A stretch of DNA of 63,870 nt, counting the filler, from Octopus bimaculoides (Eukaryota): the NCBI RefSeq assembly GCF_001194135.2. It is 5 parts of 5 records of this genome, joined end to end, with 100 filler letters (N's around TTAATTAATTAA, not from the genome) between each part and the next. Parts side by side here need not be neighbours in the genome. Positions count along the whole stretch, not along the records: positions 1 to 23,589 come from NC_068996.1; 4 more parts are not named here. The stretch is one strand, 5' to 3'. The position numbers and the translations under genes were made by a program. A model generated the notes under the pieces. That model was not told the origin of the DNA, ran no database searches, and worked only from the letters and a program-made list of their open reading frames with translations. The stretch's first letter is position 1; every line of letters starts with the position of its first letter. Below, piece after piece: positions 1 through 12,859 of this stretch.

Positions 1-65
<65 letters not shown>
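1..65. repeat. (CA)n microsatellite
   Basis: Pure AC dinucleotide run. Confidence 0.99.
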
Positions 66-70
<5 letters not shown>

Positions 71-301
71 GTCACTAAAGTGATTAATGGTGTAAGTCGG
101 CACCAGCCTTGCTAGAAATAAGAGTCAAAACAACTCTTAGCCAAGAGCAGAAGGCCTTCTATTGACTGTCAAGGGAGACAACCCCGCTGTCTTCCTTGTC
201 AGTCAATAGATATTGCTCTGCTCGTGACGAAGAGTTGTTTGACTCTTATTTCTAGCAAGGCTACTGCCGACTTGCACCCTTAATCACTTTAATGACAATT
301 G
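66..301. mobile_element. Foldback MITE-like element, almost fully palindromic
   Basis: 66-138 is the reverse complement of 230-301 (about 66/73). Inner stem 158-180 pairs with 188-210 (21/23) around a 7-nt loop. TA follows at 302-303. Confidence 0.8.
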
Positions 302-367
302 TACTTGTGCCTCTTGGTTTTAAATTGCGACGAGCCACTTTAATATGTGTGTGTGTGTGTGTGTGTG

Positions 368-526
368 TGGTAAGTAGCTTGCTTACCAACCACACGGTTC
401 CGGGTTCAGTCTCACTGCGTGGTGCCTTGGGCAAGTGTCTTCTACTATTGCCTCGGACCAAACAAAGCCTTGTGAGTGGATTTGGTAGATGAAAACTGAA
501 AAAAGCTCGTAGTATATATATATATA
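368..526 (+). mobile_element. SINE family A, 5' half, running into (TA)n and a gap
   Basis: ggtaagtagcttgcttaccaaccac..ggttcagt..ttgggcaagtgtcttctactat, matching the other family A copies in the window. Confidence 0.9.
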
Positions 527-1152
527 NNNNNNNNNNNNNNNNNNNNNNNNNNNNNNNNNNNNNNNNNNNNNNNNNNNNNNNNNNNNNNNNNNNNNNNNNN
601 NNNNNNNNNNNNNNNNNNNNNNNNNNNNNNNNNNNNNNNNNNNNNNNNNNNNNNNNNNNNNNNNNNNNNNNNNNNNNNNNNNNNNNNNNNNNNNNNNNNN
701 NNNNNNNNNNNNNNNNNNNNNNNNNNNNNNNNNNNNNNNNNNNNNNNNNNNNNNNNNNNNNNNNNNNNNNNNNNNNNNNNNNNNNNNNNNNNNNNNNNNN
801 NNNNNNNNNNNNNNNNNNNNNNNNNNNNNNNNNNNNNNNNNNNNNNNNNNNNNNNNNNNNNNNNNNNNNNNNNNNNNNNNNNNNNNNNNNNNNNNNNNNN
901 NNNNNNNNNNNNNNNNNNNNNNNNNNNNNNNNNNNNNNNNNNNNNNNNNNNNNNNNNNNNNNNNNNNNNNNNNNNNNNNNNNNNNNNNNNNNNNNNNNNN
1001 NNNNNNNNNNNNNNNNNNNNNNNNNNNNNNNNNNNNNNNNNNNNNNNNNNNNNNNNNNNNNNNNNNNNNNNNNNNNNNNNNNNNNNNNNNNNNNNNNNNN
1101 NNNNNNNNNNNNNNNNNNNNNNNNNNNNNNNNNNNNNNNNNNNNNNNNNNNN

Positions 1153-1258
1153 GAGGCTATAGTAGAAGACATTTGCCCAAGGTGCCACGCAGTGGGACTG
1201 AACCCGGAACCATGTGGTTGGTAAGCAAGCTACTTACCACACAGCCACTCCTGCGCCT
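1153..1258 (-). mobile_element. SINE family A head
   Basis: Reverse complement of the family A head, ending ccacacagccactcctgcgcct. Confidence 0.9.
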
Positions 1259-1394
1259 AAAAAATGTTGAACAGCCATAATCATAGATTATCATCTAAAG
1301 TGTCTGCATCACTTTGACCAATTCTATATATATATATATATATATATAGTAGTAGTCTCTCGTAGTCTGAGAAAGACGGTTCTGCAATTACTGG

Positions 1395-1662
1395 CTGAAC
1401 GACCTGTACAAATGATTTGTTTATAGATCAAAGGTATGTGCTGTATATTAGGTTCACTCCCTCCATCAAACTGACTTTGCCTGAACAAGTGCACGATGTG
1501 GCATGTGTCAGGTGTTCATGTGATCGTAAAGCACCGTGTGAGAAAGTGTTTAATTTCAACAACACGATGCAACACCTGGTCCAATGCACCAGCCGGTTCA
1601 GGAACAGAACTAACGGTAACGCGATCCTGAGCGCAGCACCCTAACTACTAGGCCACTCACCC
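1395..1662 (-). mobile_element. Degenerate tRNA-headed SINE (family F)
   Basis: Minus strand starts gtgagtggcctagtagttagggtgctgcgctc (A-box-like head), followed by a unique body. Confidence 0.55.
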
Positions 1663-1690
1663 TAACATGCACGCACGCACGCACGCACGC

Positions 1691-1739
<49 letters not shown>

Positions 1740-1819
1740 AGTACATATATGTGTGTATGTATGTATGTATGTATGTATGTATGTATGTATGTATGTATGT
1801 ATGTATGTACACAAACATA

Positions 1820-2190
1820 TTACTACGACACTCCGTCGGTTACGATGACGTGGGTTCCAGTTGATCCAATCAACGGAACAGCCTGCTTGTGAAATTAACG
1901 TGCATATGGCTGAGCACTTCACAGACACGCGTACCCTTAACGTAGTTCTTGGGGACACAGGGTGTGACAAGGTTGGCCCCTTTGAAATACAGGTACAACA
2001 GAAACAGGAAGAAAGAGTGGGGAAAGTTGTGGTGAAAGAGTACAACAGGGTTCGCTACCACCCCCTGCCGGAGCCTCGTGGAGCTTTAAGTGTTTTCGCG
2101 CAGTAAACACTCACAACATCCGGGCTGGGTATCGAAACCACGATCCTATGACCACGAGTCCGCTGCTCTAACCACTGGGCCACTGCGCCT
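1820..2190 (-). mobile_element. SINE family D, full length
   Basis: Minus-strand head ggcgcagtggcccagtggttagagcagcggactcg..ggtttcgat (A and B boxes); alignable end to end with 58754-59136. Confidence 0.9.
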
Positions 2191-2586
2191 GCACACACAG
2201 ACACACACGCATATGTACGTACGTATGTATATGTATATACACACACACTAACACACACACACACACACAAAACAGTTTTCGTCTGCCGAATTCAACAAAT
2301 TCACTCACAAGGCATTTGTCAGCCCGGGACGATAATAGAAGATACTTGTTTAAGGGGTACCGAGCAGGGGACTTGAACTCAGAACTACATTGTTGCAAAG
2401 AGAGCTTCTTAACCACACAGCCATGCCTGTATAAATTCGTTGAAATTTTATTAACCGAAAATTATTTTCTTTATGATAATTGTGTCCCTGCAGTATCATT
2501 AAATTAGACATCAACACTACCGTCAAGGAACTGACCCACAAGAAAATTACAAATACCTCGGAATAATTGAAGCAAGTGGTATACAT

Positions 2587-2702
2587 CAGTGGTTTCCGAC
2601 CTGTGGTCCGCAAAGGTAATGCTGGGGCTTCGTGAACATGTTAAGCTGACATACCTTTCAATATCCTGGGGTCCATGGTAGTGAAAAGGTTAGGAACCAC
2701 TG
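2587..2702. mobile_element. hAT-type MITE
   Basis: TIRs cagtggtttccgacct / aggttaggaaccactg; 8-bp flanks gtatacat / ttatatat (6/8). Confidence 0.7.
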
Positions 2703-2719
2703 TTATATATGCAACTATG

Positions 2720-4002
2720 AAGGGAAAATAGGAAAGGAATACTATAGGAGAATAAGGATTGTGCTGAAGACTGAACTCAACTCTAAACACCGCATCGAAG
2801 CCATTAGTACCCTGACACTTCCAGTAGTCCAGTACAGTTTTAATATCATTAACTAGAATCCTACGGAACTCTAACGCCTGGACAGGAAGATAAGAAAATT
2901 ATTGACATCCAAGAACATGCACCACCCTAAGGCAGACGTAGACCGTCTGTACCTACCTAGAAGCAGTGGGGGAAGAGGAATGATGCAATTAGAACTGTGC
3001 TATGAACAGGTACCTATCTAGTACAGAGGACTGGATGCTACGACTAGGGCGCGAACATGAAAGCAGAAAAAAGTCACACTCTATTGCTAAAGAAGCTTAT
3101 AAATTCGAAAGGGAACTTGGCATTAACCCTGAAACCATTGCTACCAAGCAAGCAAAACGAATAAAGTAGACTGCAAAAAAAGAACGGGTAGAAACACATT
3201 GAGAAACGGTGGAGCCAGAAGCCCCTGCATGGACAATACATTCTCCGAAGCCAAAATGCTGATGTAGACTAAGCAATCACCCAACAGTGGTTGAAAAGTT
3301 CGGGACTGAAAGCAGAGACTGACGGCTTCACACTGACAGCACAAGATCAAAGCTTGCTTTCTAGAAATTACCAGGCTAACGTTTTCCAGAACGGTGCTGA
3401 CTAAATGCAGATTCCGCATTTGACGAAACAATAAACCATCTGGTTTCGAGATGTCCTGTGCTGACACCAAATGAATACAAATACATCACGATAGGGTTGG
3501 ATAGTATTTACATTGGAAAATATGTAAACATTACAAAATCAGCGCTCCTTTTTACTGGTATAAACATAATCCTGAGCCAGTTGTTGAAGGTAAAAATGTC
3601 ACTATCCTCTGGGATTTTCCAGCCAACACTGACAAAATGATCCAGAATGATCGACCAGATATAATTAATTATTAATGACAGGAAAGAAAATACTCGCAGA
3701 CTAATAAATGTAGGAGTTCCCACTGATAAAAATATATCTGTAAAGGAATTTGACAAACTTAGTAGATATAAAAAGCTGGAAATTAAAATATGGAATACAA
3801 AAGATGTGAACTCTTAAAACAAAAACTCCATCTAAGAATATCTGAAGAAGGAATTGTATTCCGAAATATCATCGGTCTATGGATGACTAAATCACAACAG
3901 GTATATAGTCCATTTTTTTGTATTATAGTGCATTGTTGTACCATTCAAAACTTTTTATTCTTTACAAACAATACACAATGCTTCAAGCGAACTACAAAAC
4001 TC

Positions 4003-4003
<1 letters not shown>
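2720..4003 (+). mobile_element. R4/Dong-like non-LTR retrotransposon, decayed 3' part (thumb, zinc knuckle, restriction-like endonuclease)
   Basis: Manual translation through stops and frameshifts: ELNSKHRIEAI, HHPKADVDRLYLPRSSGGRGMMQL, ETDGFTLTAQDQ, LWDF, DVGVPTDKNISVKEFDKLSRYKKLE. Ends in a (TAA)n tail. Confidence 0.88.
3840..3872 (+). ncRNA. Hammerhead ribozyme core, degenerate
   Basis: CUGAAGA-A-GGAAU(UGU)AUUCC-GAAA-UAU-C; stem I only 2 bp. Confidence 0.55.
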
Positions 4004-4050
<47 letters not shown>

Positions 4051-4176
4051 TAACAACAACAACCAGTAAACAAGAGTCACCTTAATCTGTTGGCTGTGGA
4101 CGGCTGACACGTTTCATCATATCCAGCAAAATAAGCTGAGAGTTTTAATCAGATAATAATAATAATAATAATAATA

Positions 4177-4214
<38 letters not shown>

Positions 4215-4215
4215 T
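4004..4215. repeat. (TAA)n arrays, interrupted
   Basis: Two aat runs separated by about 100 bp. Confidence 0.95.
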
Positions 4216-5081
4216 AGTTATGACTCGCCGCTTAGCTTGTAAAAATGACGGNNNNNNNNNNNNNNNNNNNNNNNNNNNNNNNNNNNNNNNNNNNNNNNNN
4301 NNNNNNNNNNNNNNNNNNNNNNNNNNNNNNNNNNNNNNNNNNNNNNNNNNNNNNNNNNNNNNNNNNNNNNNNNNNNNNNNNNNNNNNNNNNNNNNNNNNN
4401 NNNNNNNNNNNNNNNNNNNNNNNNNNNNNNNNNNNNNNNNNNNNNNNNNNNNNNNNNNNNNNNNNNNNNNNNNNNNNNNNNNNNNNNNNNNNNNNNNNNN
4501 NNNNNNNNNNNNNNNNNNNNNNNNNNNNNNNNNNNNNNNNNNNNNNNNNNNNNNNNNNNNNNNNNNNNNNNNNNNNNNNNNNNNNNNNNNNNNNNNNNNN
4601 NNNNNNNNNNNNNNNNNNNNNNNNNNGAATTACTTGGTAAGTCTTTAAAGACTTCATACAAGCCTTGTAAAGTTTAAATCAAATTCAAAAGTAATTTTCA
4701 CTTTCATTTTTTAAAACAGTTTGTCTTTCCACCGGGACATTTTAGTTCCTGAAGATATCACTGATATATCAACTGGAAACATTAAAGTAAGGAACAAGTA
4801 TCTCAAAAGAAACAAAAAAAAAAAAAACCTGAAATACCAGAGTAATGTTACAATGATATTACAGTGATGTTATTATGATAATACCATGTTAAGAAGAAAA
4901 GATATTCAAAGTCTATAACTACCATCCAGATTCTCCGGACTAGTTGAAAGGGGAAAAAAAGAGGGATCCTTTGACCAGAAGCTTACTCCATGTACTTACA
5001 GTAGAGTAAACTCTTCTGAAGGTACTCAGAGATAATGGGGGTGTTAAACAAGGTAACTAATTAAGTCTGCTATCAAATAAC

Positions 5082-5295
5082 GGTTTTAAATTTTGGCACA
5101 AGGCCAGCAATTTCGGAGAAGGAGTAAGTGGATTACATCAATCCCGGGGAGCAACTGATAGTTATTTTATCGATTCCGAAAGGATGAAAAGCAAAAGTGA
5201 CCTCGGAGTAATTTGAATTCAGAACATAAAGACGGACGAAATGCCGCTAAATATTTTGCCCGACTTGCTAACGATTCTGCCAGCTCGCCGCCTTA
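5082..5295 (-). mobile_element. SINE family B
   Basis: Minus strand taaggcggcgagctggcagaatcgttagc..tcaaatt..gaggtc..tttcatcctttcgg..gccttgtgccaaaattt. Confidence 0.9.
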
Positions 5296-5369
5296 GTCTG
5301 CTGCCAAATAAAAAGAACACAGTCCCTCTAACGGGCTTCTTTACAATTTCCATTTACCGGATTTTATTC

Positions 5370-5592
5370 ACAATACATACAAATATACATACATACAAAC
5401 ATACAATACTTACATACATGCATACATACATGCATACAAATATACATACATGCATACAAACAAACATACATACAAACATACATACTTACATACACACATA
5501 CATACATGCATGCATGCATGCATACGTACATACATACATGCATGCATACATGCATACACACATACATACATACATACATACATACATACATA
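5370..5592. repeat. (CATA)n compound microsatellite
   Basis: Tandem cata/catg units. Confidence 0.95.
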
Positions 5593-6784
5593 GGCATTGT
5601 ACACTTTAGATAAAGTAATATGTCTCTAATTTAAACAAATTTCAAGGTAACCCAGCTACGTTTAGCGTGCTAGAAATAGCAGCGATCAAATAGTTATTAT
5701 TGTAAGGCTTATAGCGTTCCAAACAGCCATACTAAGAAAATCACTTCTAAATAAAAATAAATAAATGAAAATAAAAAAAATTAAATTAAAATTATACTGG
5801 TATATTAAAAAAATTTTCATTTTATCAAACATATTCATTTGACAAACTCCGGAAACTGATATTATTCTTGAAATTGTGCCTCAATGTTATACAGCTATTT
5901 TGTCTAAAAGCATTCATTCAATAAATAATTGTTTTACATTACGTATATAGAATATACTGTGGGTTTTCCAAATAGCGAATTAATACTTGATATGAAAATA
6001 TTTAAATGAATATATATTAAATTATCATTAATGAAAATAGAGGCGAGAGAGAATGAGAGACTGATGCAAATGAATAATATTGTTTATTAAACATTGCAAT
6101 CTGCTCCACAGTGAATGAGACGAATATTTAAACTTGTGAAAAACTTGTGGTTCAATATTCAATGAACTTAAAGAGTCGAAATTACAGGAGATTTCTTGGA
6201 ACATGAATTTATAAAAAAATTTCCAGACAATCAAATCTTTAATCATTGCTTTCTTTTAGTAACTGTTACATACCTAATTAATAAGTAGCTTTCTCCATTA
6301 TAATATAGATATATAGGCGCAGGCGTGGCTGTGTGGTAAGAAGCTTCACTCTGTCACTTCACTCTGTCCCTTTTCTTTTTTTTCTTGTCCCTCCCTATTC
6401 TTCTATCACTCTGCATCTACCTCTCTTCCCGTTCTCTCCATGTGACCATTGTTCGGCCAAGCCTGACCTTTCTTTCTTGGTTCGATTACCATCCGTGCAA
6501 CATCTATTTTCCTTCCCATGCCTGTCATCTCTTATGTCACTGCCGTTAGGCTTCACTTCTACACACGCCAGCTTAATTTAATTTGTCCTTAGTCGAAAGA
6601 CACCTGTTGTTAATGTCCTGTTATTTGTGATTTGTATTTGTGTACCATTTTTCTGTTGTTTTTTTCCGTCTTTGTTTTCGTATACATTCGCTGCTTTCTT
6701 CCAAGGAATCTAGAGCTCTTAGCTTAGTTTTTCCTTGTGGCAATCTCGAGTATAACCAGCCGAAATTGCAAAGATACTGCACAC

Positions 6785-7016
6785 AGAGGGCTACACACAG
6801 AGGGCTACACACAGAGGGGACAAACAAGGACAAACAAAGGGATTAAGTCGATTGTATCGACCCCAGTGCGTAACTGGTACTTATTTAATCGACCCCGAAA
6901 GGATGAAAGGCAAAGTCGACCTCGGCGGAATTAGAACGCAGAACGTAGCGGCAGACGAAATACCGCTAAGCATTTCGCCCGGCCTGCTAACGTTTCTGCC
7001 AGCTCGCTCGCCTTAT
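6785..7016 (-). mobile_element. SINE family B variant with a different 3' tail
   Basis: Family B head and body; the tail includes a short tandem cacacagagggcta array at about 6784-6818. Confidence 0.85.
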
Positions 7017-7256
7017 ATGATGATAAACTGTCTGCCAACAACAAACAGCAAACACATGCAAACACACACACATGTGTGTGTGTTTGCATGCGTGTGTTCG
7101 TGTGTTTCAGTTTGTCCCCCACCATCGCTTGACAACAGGTGTTGGTTCATTTACGTTACCGTAGCTTAGTAGTTCGACCGAAGAGACCAATGAAATTTTT
7201 TTTAAAAACTTTAAAAAAACAATAAACAAACAGCGAGATTGATATGTCGAACTAAA

Positions 7257-7544
7257 CCAGTGTTTTTCAACTAGGGTCCTTATGACCCTTAGCTGGGTGG
7301 GTAGGAGTGGATAATGTAAGAGTGTTGTGGTTAAAAGTAATGTACAAAAAATTGCTAATACTTTAACAATATCCGAAATATTTTTAGCAATTTTTAAAAG
7401 TCTATTCCTAATGATATTTAATTATAAAACTTTAATAGGATTTTTTTTCAACATCGAATGGCTAGGAGGGTCCATCTGAGTAAAATAGGGATCAAAGGGG
7501 TCCATAAGTAAAAGAAAAAAAAATAAATGGTTGAGAAGCCTTGG
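7257..7544. mobile_element. Probable hAT-type MITE
   Basis: Imperfect TIRs ccagtgtttttcaac / gttgagaagccttgg, resembling those at 2587 and 36695. Confidence 0.5.
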
Positions 7545-7659
7545 ACAAAACCTTCTTAAGCGATGTCACAGCATGGCCGCAATCTAATGACAGAAGCTAG
7601 TAAAAGATAAAAAAAGAGATATTTTGATCAACAAACTATTACTTTTTTTTTACTCTTTT

Positions 7660-8076
7660 ACTTGTTTCAGTCATTTGACTGCGGCCATGCTGGAGCATCG
7701 CCTTTAGTCGAGCAAATCGACCCCGGGACTTATTCTTTTGGAAGCCTAGTACTTATTCTATCGGTGTCTTTTGCCGAATCACTAAGTTACGGAAACGTTG
7801 ACACACCAGCATCGGTTGTCAAGCGATGTTGGAGCGGGGGGACAAACACAGACACACACACACACACACACACATACATATACATACATATATATATACA
7901 TATATACNNNNNNNNNNNNNNNNNNNNNNNNNNNNNNNNNNNNNNNNNNNNNNNNNNNNNNNNNNNNNNNNNNNNNNNNNNNNNNNNNNNNNNNNNNNNN
8001 NNNNNNNNNNNNNNNNNNNNNNNNNNNNNNNNNNNNNNNNNNNNNNNNNNNNNNNNNNNNNNNNNNNNNNNNNNNN

Positions 8077-8125
<49 letters not shown>

Positions 8126-8284
8126 CGAACGGGCTTCTTTCAGTTTCCTTCTACCAAATCCACTCACAAGGGGTCGGTCCGAGGCTATAGTAGAAGACAC
8201 TTGTCCTAGGTGCCACGCAGTGGGAATGAACCCAGAACCATGTGGTTGGTAAGCAAGCTACTTACCACACAGCCACTTCTGCGT
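7660..8284 (-). mobile_element. SINE family A, full length, with internal microsatellite and gap
   Basis: acttgtttcagtcatttgactgcggccatgctggagc..(CA/TA)n..ttaccacacagccac. Confidence 0.92.
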
Positions 8285-8838
8285 CTATGGATGAAAAGCA
8301 AAGTCGACCTCGGCGGAATTGTGGACTTCTTCGATATCATTTTCTTTTCAATAACCATGAATCGTATACATTTACTCCATTTATGGATCTGGCCTATAAA
8401 GACACAAAAACTTCGACTGCTTGGCGGTGAAACTGGCAATTTTGGCCTTCCATCTTGAGCTATGTTTTTCTAGTAAACTCTCAAAACTCTTACCCAGTTG
8501 GATCTGTTTCTTCATAACAACGATTGATTTCCCTCCCCTTGCTTTCAGTTTTCTCTCAACTCATTTCATTTTATGAACTGAGCTCACTAGTTACTTGTAT
8601 AAGTTTGTTTGCAGACAGTTTATCATCAAGGCTGGTTTCAAAAACTTACGAAGGTTCAAAAGCTGCTGGAGTTTGCTAATTATCGGAGGCTGTTTGTTTA
8701 GCTTTGGGCGCTTTGTGGGGGATACTAAGCATGCAGTACACAGCTTCAAAATTGCTTCACGGCACTTCTAAATGAAAGGATAATTAAATTTGATACTTTC
8801 AAATCGGCAGAGTAGAAGAGAGGCGAGGGAGAAATGTA

Positions 8839-8902
<64 letters not shown>

Positions 8903-10296
8903 ATAGATAANNNNNNNNNNNNNNNNNNNNNNNNNNNNNNNNNNNNNNNNNNNNNNNNNNNNNNNNNNNNNNNNNNNNNNNNNNNNNNNNNNNNNNNNNN
9001 NNNNNNNNNNNNNNNNNNNNNNNNNNNNNNNNNNNNNNNNNNNNNNNNNNNNNNNNNNNNNNNNNNNNNNNNNNNNNNNNNNNNNNNNNNNNNNNNNNNN
9101 NNNNNNNNNNNNNNNNNNNNNNNNNNNNNNNNNNNNNNNNNNNNNNNNNNNNNNNNNNNNNNNNNNNNNNNNNNNNNNNNNNNNNNNNNNNNNNNNNNNN
9201 NNNNNNNNNNNNNNNNNNNNNNNNNNNNNNNNNNNNNNNNNNNNNNNNNNNNNNNNNNNNNNNNNNNNNNNNNNNNNNNNNNNNNNNNNNNNNNNNNNNN
9301 NNNNNNNNNNNNNNNNNNNNNNNNNNNNNNNNNNNNNNNNNNNNNNNNNNNNNNNNNNNNNNNNNNNNNNNNNNNNNNNNNNNNNNNNNNNNNNNNNNNN
9401 NNNNNNNNNNNNNNNNNNNNNNNNNNNNNNNNNNNNNNNNNNNNNNNNNNNNNNNNNNNNNNNNNNNNNNNNNNNNNNNNNNNNNNNNNNNNNNNNNNNN
9501 NNNNNNNNNNNNNNNNNNNNNNNNNNNNNNNNNNNNNNNNNNNNNNNNNNNNNNNNNNNNNNNNNNNNNNNNNNNNNNNNNNNNNNNNNNNNNNNNNNNN
9601 NNNNNNNNNNNNNNNNNNNNNNNNNNNNNNNNNNNNNNNNNNNNNNNNNNNNNNNNNNNNNNNNNNNNNNNNNNNNNNNNNNNNNNNNNNNNNNNNNNNN
9701 NNNNNNNNNNNNNNNNNNNNNNATATATATATATATATATATATCTCTTAATGTTCTTTTATTCTCTCTCAACAGATTAAAAATGCATGTGTAAGTGCGT
9801 TCGTGCGTGCGTGCACGCGCGCGCATGTGTGTTCGTATACGAGTATTCAGTTTGTACTGATAGGTTAAATACGTAACCTCTAAGATAATATGGTTTCCAA
9901 GAAACATCAATTATCTCCTTTTTTTCTTTTACCTTTTCATTTTTTTTTTTATTATCACAGATTTATTTGGATAAATCTAATTTTGAACTTGTCAACATAT
10001 GTTAAGACCCAATTGACACCAGCATCGAATCATCCTCTGAAGAAATTTCAAAATGGGTGTACATTACACTTTGAATCGTCAGACAAATGTTGAATTTGTA
10101 ATGAATATTCGAGAAATGTACTGGATTCTCTCAGTGAAAATCAAAATCGTTTATGTAATATAACTACATGATCTCCCCTGACTATCGCCCTCTCCGATGT
10201 TTTAACTACTCGTTCCCGAATTACATTTTATCGTCGTCTGCCATATTGCGAAGTCTTTCTTATTGATATCTCGTCGTTATTGTCGATTTCTATTAA

Positions 10297-10519
10297 CCTT
10301 TTCGTTACCAAATTTCTCTTGATGTACACTACTTTAGTTTCAATAAATTTTGAAAATAATGAAGAATTTAGTAAATTAGTTTTGTCGTTATTAAGCTGGG
10401 ATTTGGAACGTTAAATTAACACCGTATTGTGAGAGAAGGTTTTAACTTAAATTACTTAAAAATACAAAATTTGTATCATTGAACCTGGGGTGATCTCAGG
10501 CTAGTTGGTATCAAAAAGG
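10297..10519. mobile_element. piggyBac-type MITE (223 bp)
   Basis: TTAA at 10293-10296 and 10520-10523; TIRs ccttttcgttacc / ggtatcaaaaagg. Confidence 0.75.
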
Positions 10520-10538
10520 TTAAGGCTGGCAGAGCTGT

Positions 10539-10542
<4 letters not shown>

Positions 10543-10572
<30 letters not shown>

Positions 10573-10573
10573 C

Positions 10574-10666
<93 letters not shown>
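10543..10666. repeat. (AAT)n microsatellite
   Basis: Tandem aat. Confidence 0.97.
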
Positions 10667-10667
<1 letters not shown>

Positions 10668-11884
10668 GTAAGCGACTTCACTTTTCCTTTCCAGTGATTG
10701 TAATATCTGGTCTATTATTTTCTAACTTGGCTCCGAATGTTTGTCAATTTTTTTCTTTTTGTTTTTTTTTTTTGGAAAAAGATGTTTATTGTAGATATTT
10801 TATCTTCAGTAGGTATTAAGTAGCCCTGCTTCACCGGGTGAAAAGATGGACCACCAACTTGTGCCCTAAAGTGCACATTTGATGCAAAAAAATTGTTTTC
10901 GCTTTCATCTTTCTTTTGTTCGAAATTAACGCCCCTGAACTATTTAAATGAAGAGATAGCAGGAAGGGCTCATACCGCTACCAATTCATCGGAGAGAGGA
11001 GGTTCAACAAGTACAACAATATTAACAACAGCCACATAAGTAACACCAATGCTGGCGAAGACAGATTTCTATTTTTATAAAGGAAAGGGGGAAAATACCT
11101 TCTTTCATCACAGTTCAAAGTCCAAATTGTATAACAGCATACGACAAGAGCTGCAGCTGCGGCAGTTGCAACAGCAACGACGGCAGCGACAGCAGCAGCA
11201 GCAGCAGCAACAACAGTAGCAGCAAGAACAGCAAGAGTAGCAAAAGCATAACAGCAGCGATAAAAAAAAAACAACAATTGCATGAACATCAGCAACATCA
11301 ACGACAAGAACAATATAGAAAACAAAGTCGACAACAAGAAAATTACAGCAAAGCTACGTGAAAGTGGTATCAGACGTGTTATGCAGACCATTATATAACT
11401 TGTTTGACATGCGTATTACGTTTTTATTCTTCTCTTCCGTTCTAAAAAGCGCATTGCGCTTTTATTCTCTTCCGTTTTACGAATTCAGTGTACACATGTG
11501 TATTGCGTGTTCATACTTGTCTTTCCGGTTTCTACTCAAAACTGTTTACAGATCACAACCATCTCACGAACCTGCGCTCGTGAGAAGCTCTCCACACTCC
11601 GACGGTTGTGAAAAAAAAAAGTGGTGACGTCAACTATATAAGTAGGAAATTGTTTGTTGGGACGGCAGCAAAATCTATGCAAATTTTCGCATCCTCACTG
11701 AGCGATAATGAAAAACGTCTGTAAGAAGCGAAATAACTTGTGAAGGGAGAGCACAACTTGCCATCCCAGCTGAAATCTTGGCAGTAACTATCCGAAAGAC
11801 GATCTCCTGTCGCTGTGTGTGTCGATTAAAACGCGACGCTTGGAATCGGTGGTATAAACCCGTGTGGAAAAAAATTTGGGTATC

Positions 11885-12590
11885 AGTACTTGGTGGCTGT
11901 CTTCAAGGTGGCTGTCTTCAAGGTGGCTAGTTTCGGACGCGTCTTCAGAAAGTGAATCGCTGCAATGTACAATATTTGCTCGGTGGATAGAGTAAATGGT
12001 CACTTGTCGGATCCGCTTAGTATCATGCACTCGATCGATCAAGGATGTCCCCTCTCTCCACTTCTGTACTGATTCTAGAATCCTCTACTGCACAAATTGA
12101 AGCATTTGAGGACCATCCTGTGAGATCTAGGATGTGGAATATCTGTGGTTGCATATGCGGATTATGTCGGTCACGAACACATCGAGGTGATCAGCACTAC
12201 TCTGAGAAATTACGAGGCGGTAACAGGAATAAAAAATTCACCAGAAGTCGGTGGGCCTGCAGCTCGACACCTGAAGAGGCAGATCTGCGTCGTCCAACAT
12301 GAAGCACTGCACAGACGGACTGGCTAACTTGCTTGGGATTTGGTTTGGTCCAGACCATCAGGTGGACAAGGATTGGAAAGAGGTGATGAACAGGTTGCTA
12401 GTCTCTTCCAGAAATGGACTGAGAGGAAAATTATCCCTGAAAGGCTGGGCGGAAGTGAATAATGCTAATAACGCACCTATTATCTAATACCACCTGATTG
12501 TCGTGCCTTGTCCCGCTTCATGACTGGCCAGAATGGAGCATTTACTCTTCTGCTTTCTTTGGAGGGGACATCATTAATTAGTCAGATGAT
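11885..12590 (+). mobile_element. L1/Tx1-like LINE reverse transcriptase fragment, decayed
   Basis: Manual translation: VNGHLSDPLSIMHSIDQGCPLSPLLY, AYADYV, LLGIWFGPDHQVDKDWKEV, KLSLKG, VVPCPAS; contains a 15-bp tandem duplication ggtggctgtcttcaa. Confidence 0.85.
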
Positions 12591-12859
12591 CCATTTATGT
12601 GGTGGACGCGACTGAAAGAGCTGAAAACAAGCAATTACCTCTTCGGTCAAGCTTTCATCATATTACGATACCTGCTCGTAAACTTCTCCCACAATATTCG
12701 AAACGATAAAATGCTACGGCTACCATCACGGACATCACTCGCTGACTCGTGGTCGCTTTCTTAATGCATTGTTGATTGTTTGTTAGGGTTGACATTACAT
12801 TAAATGATATGGAGTCGATGAATGAGGCCAACGTAGACTTATAATCTCTTGTGTCCCGG

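Noticed and set aside
4095-4135. Minus-strand gaaacgtgtcagcc resembling a hammerhead 3' half
   Set aside because: No intact CUGANGA and no stem II.
6345-6780. Pyrimidine-rich pLTR-like block with cgaaag and cagccgaaattgc motifs
   Set aside because: No CUGANGA core upstream. May be a deleted Penelope pLTR, but this is unsupported from this copy alone.
10985-11360. CAG/CAA-rich stretch suggesting a polyglutamine exon
   Set aside because: Multiple stops in the Gln frame and no clear splice context; degenerate triplet repeat.
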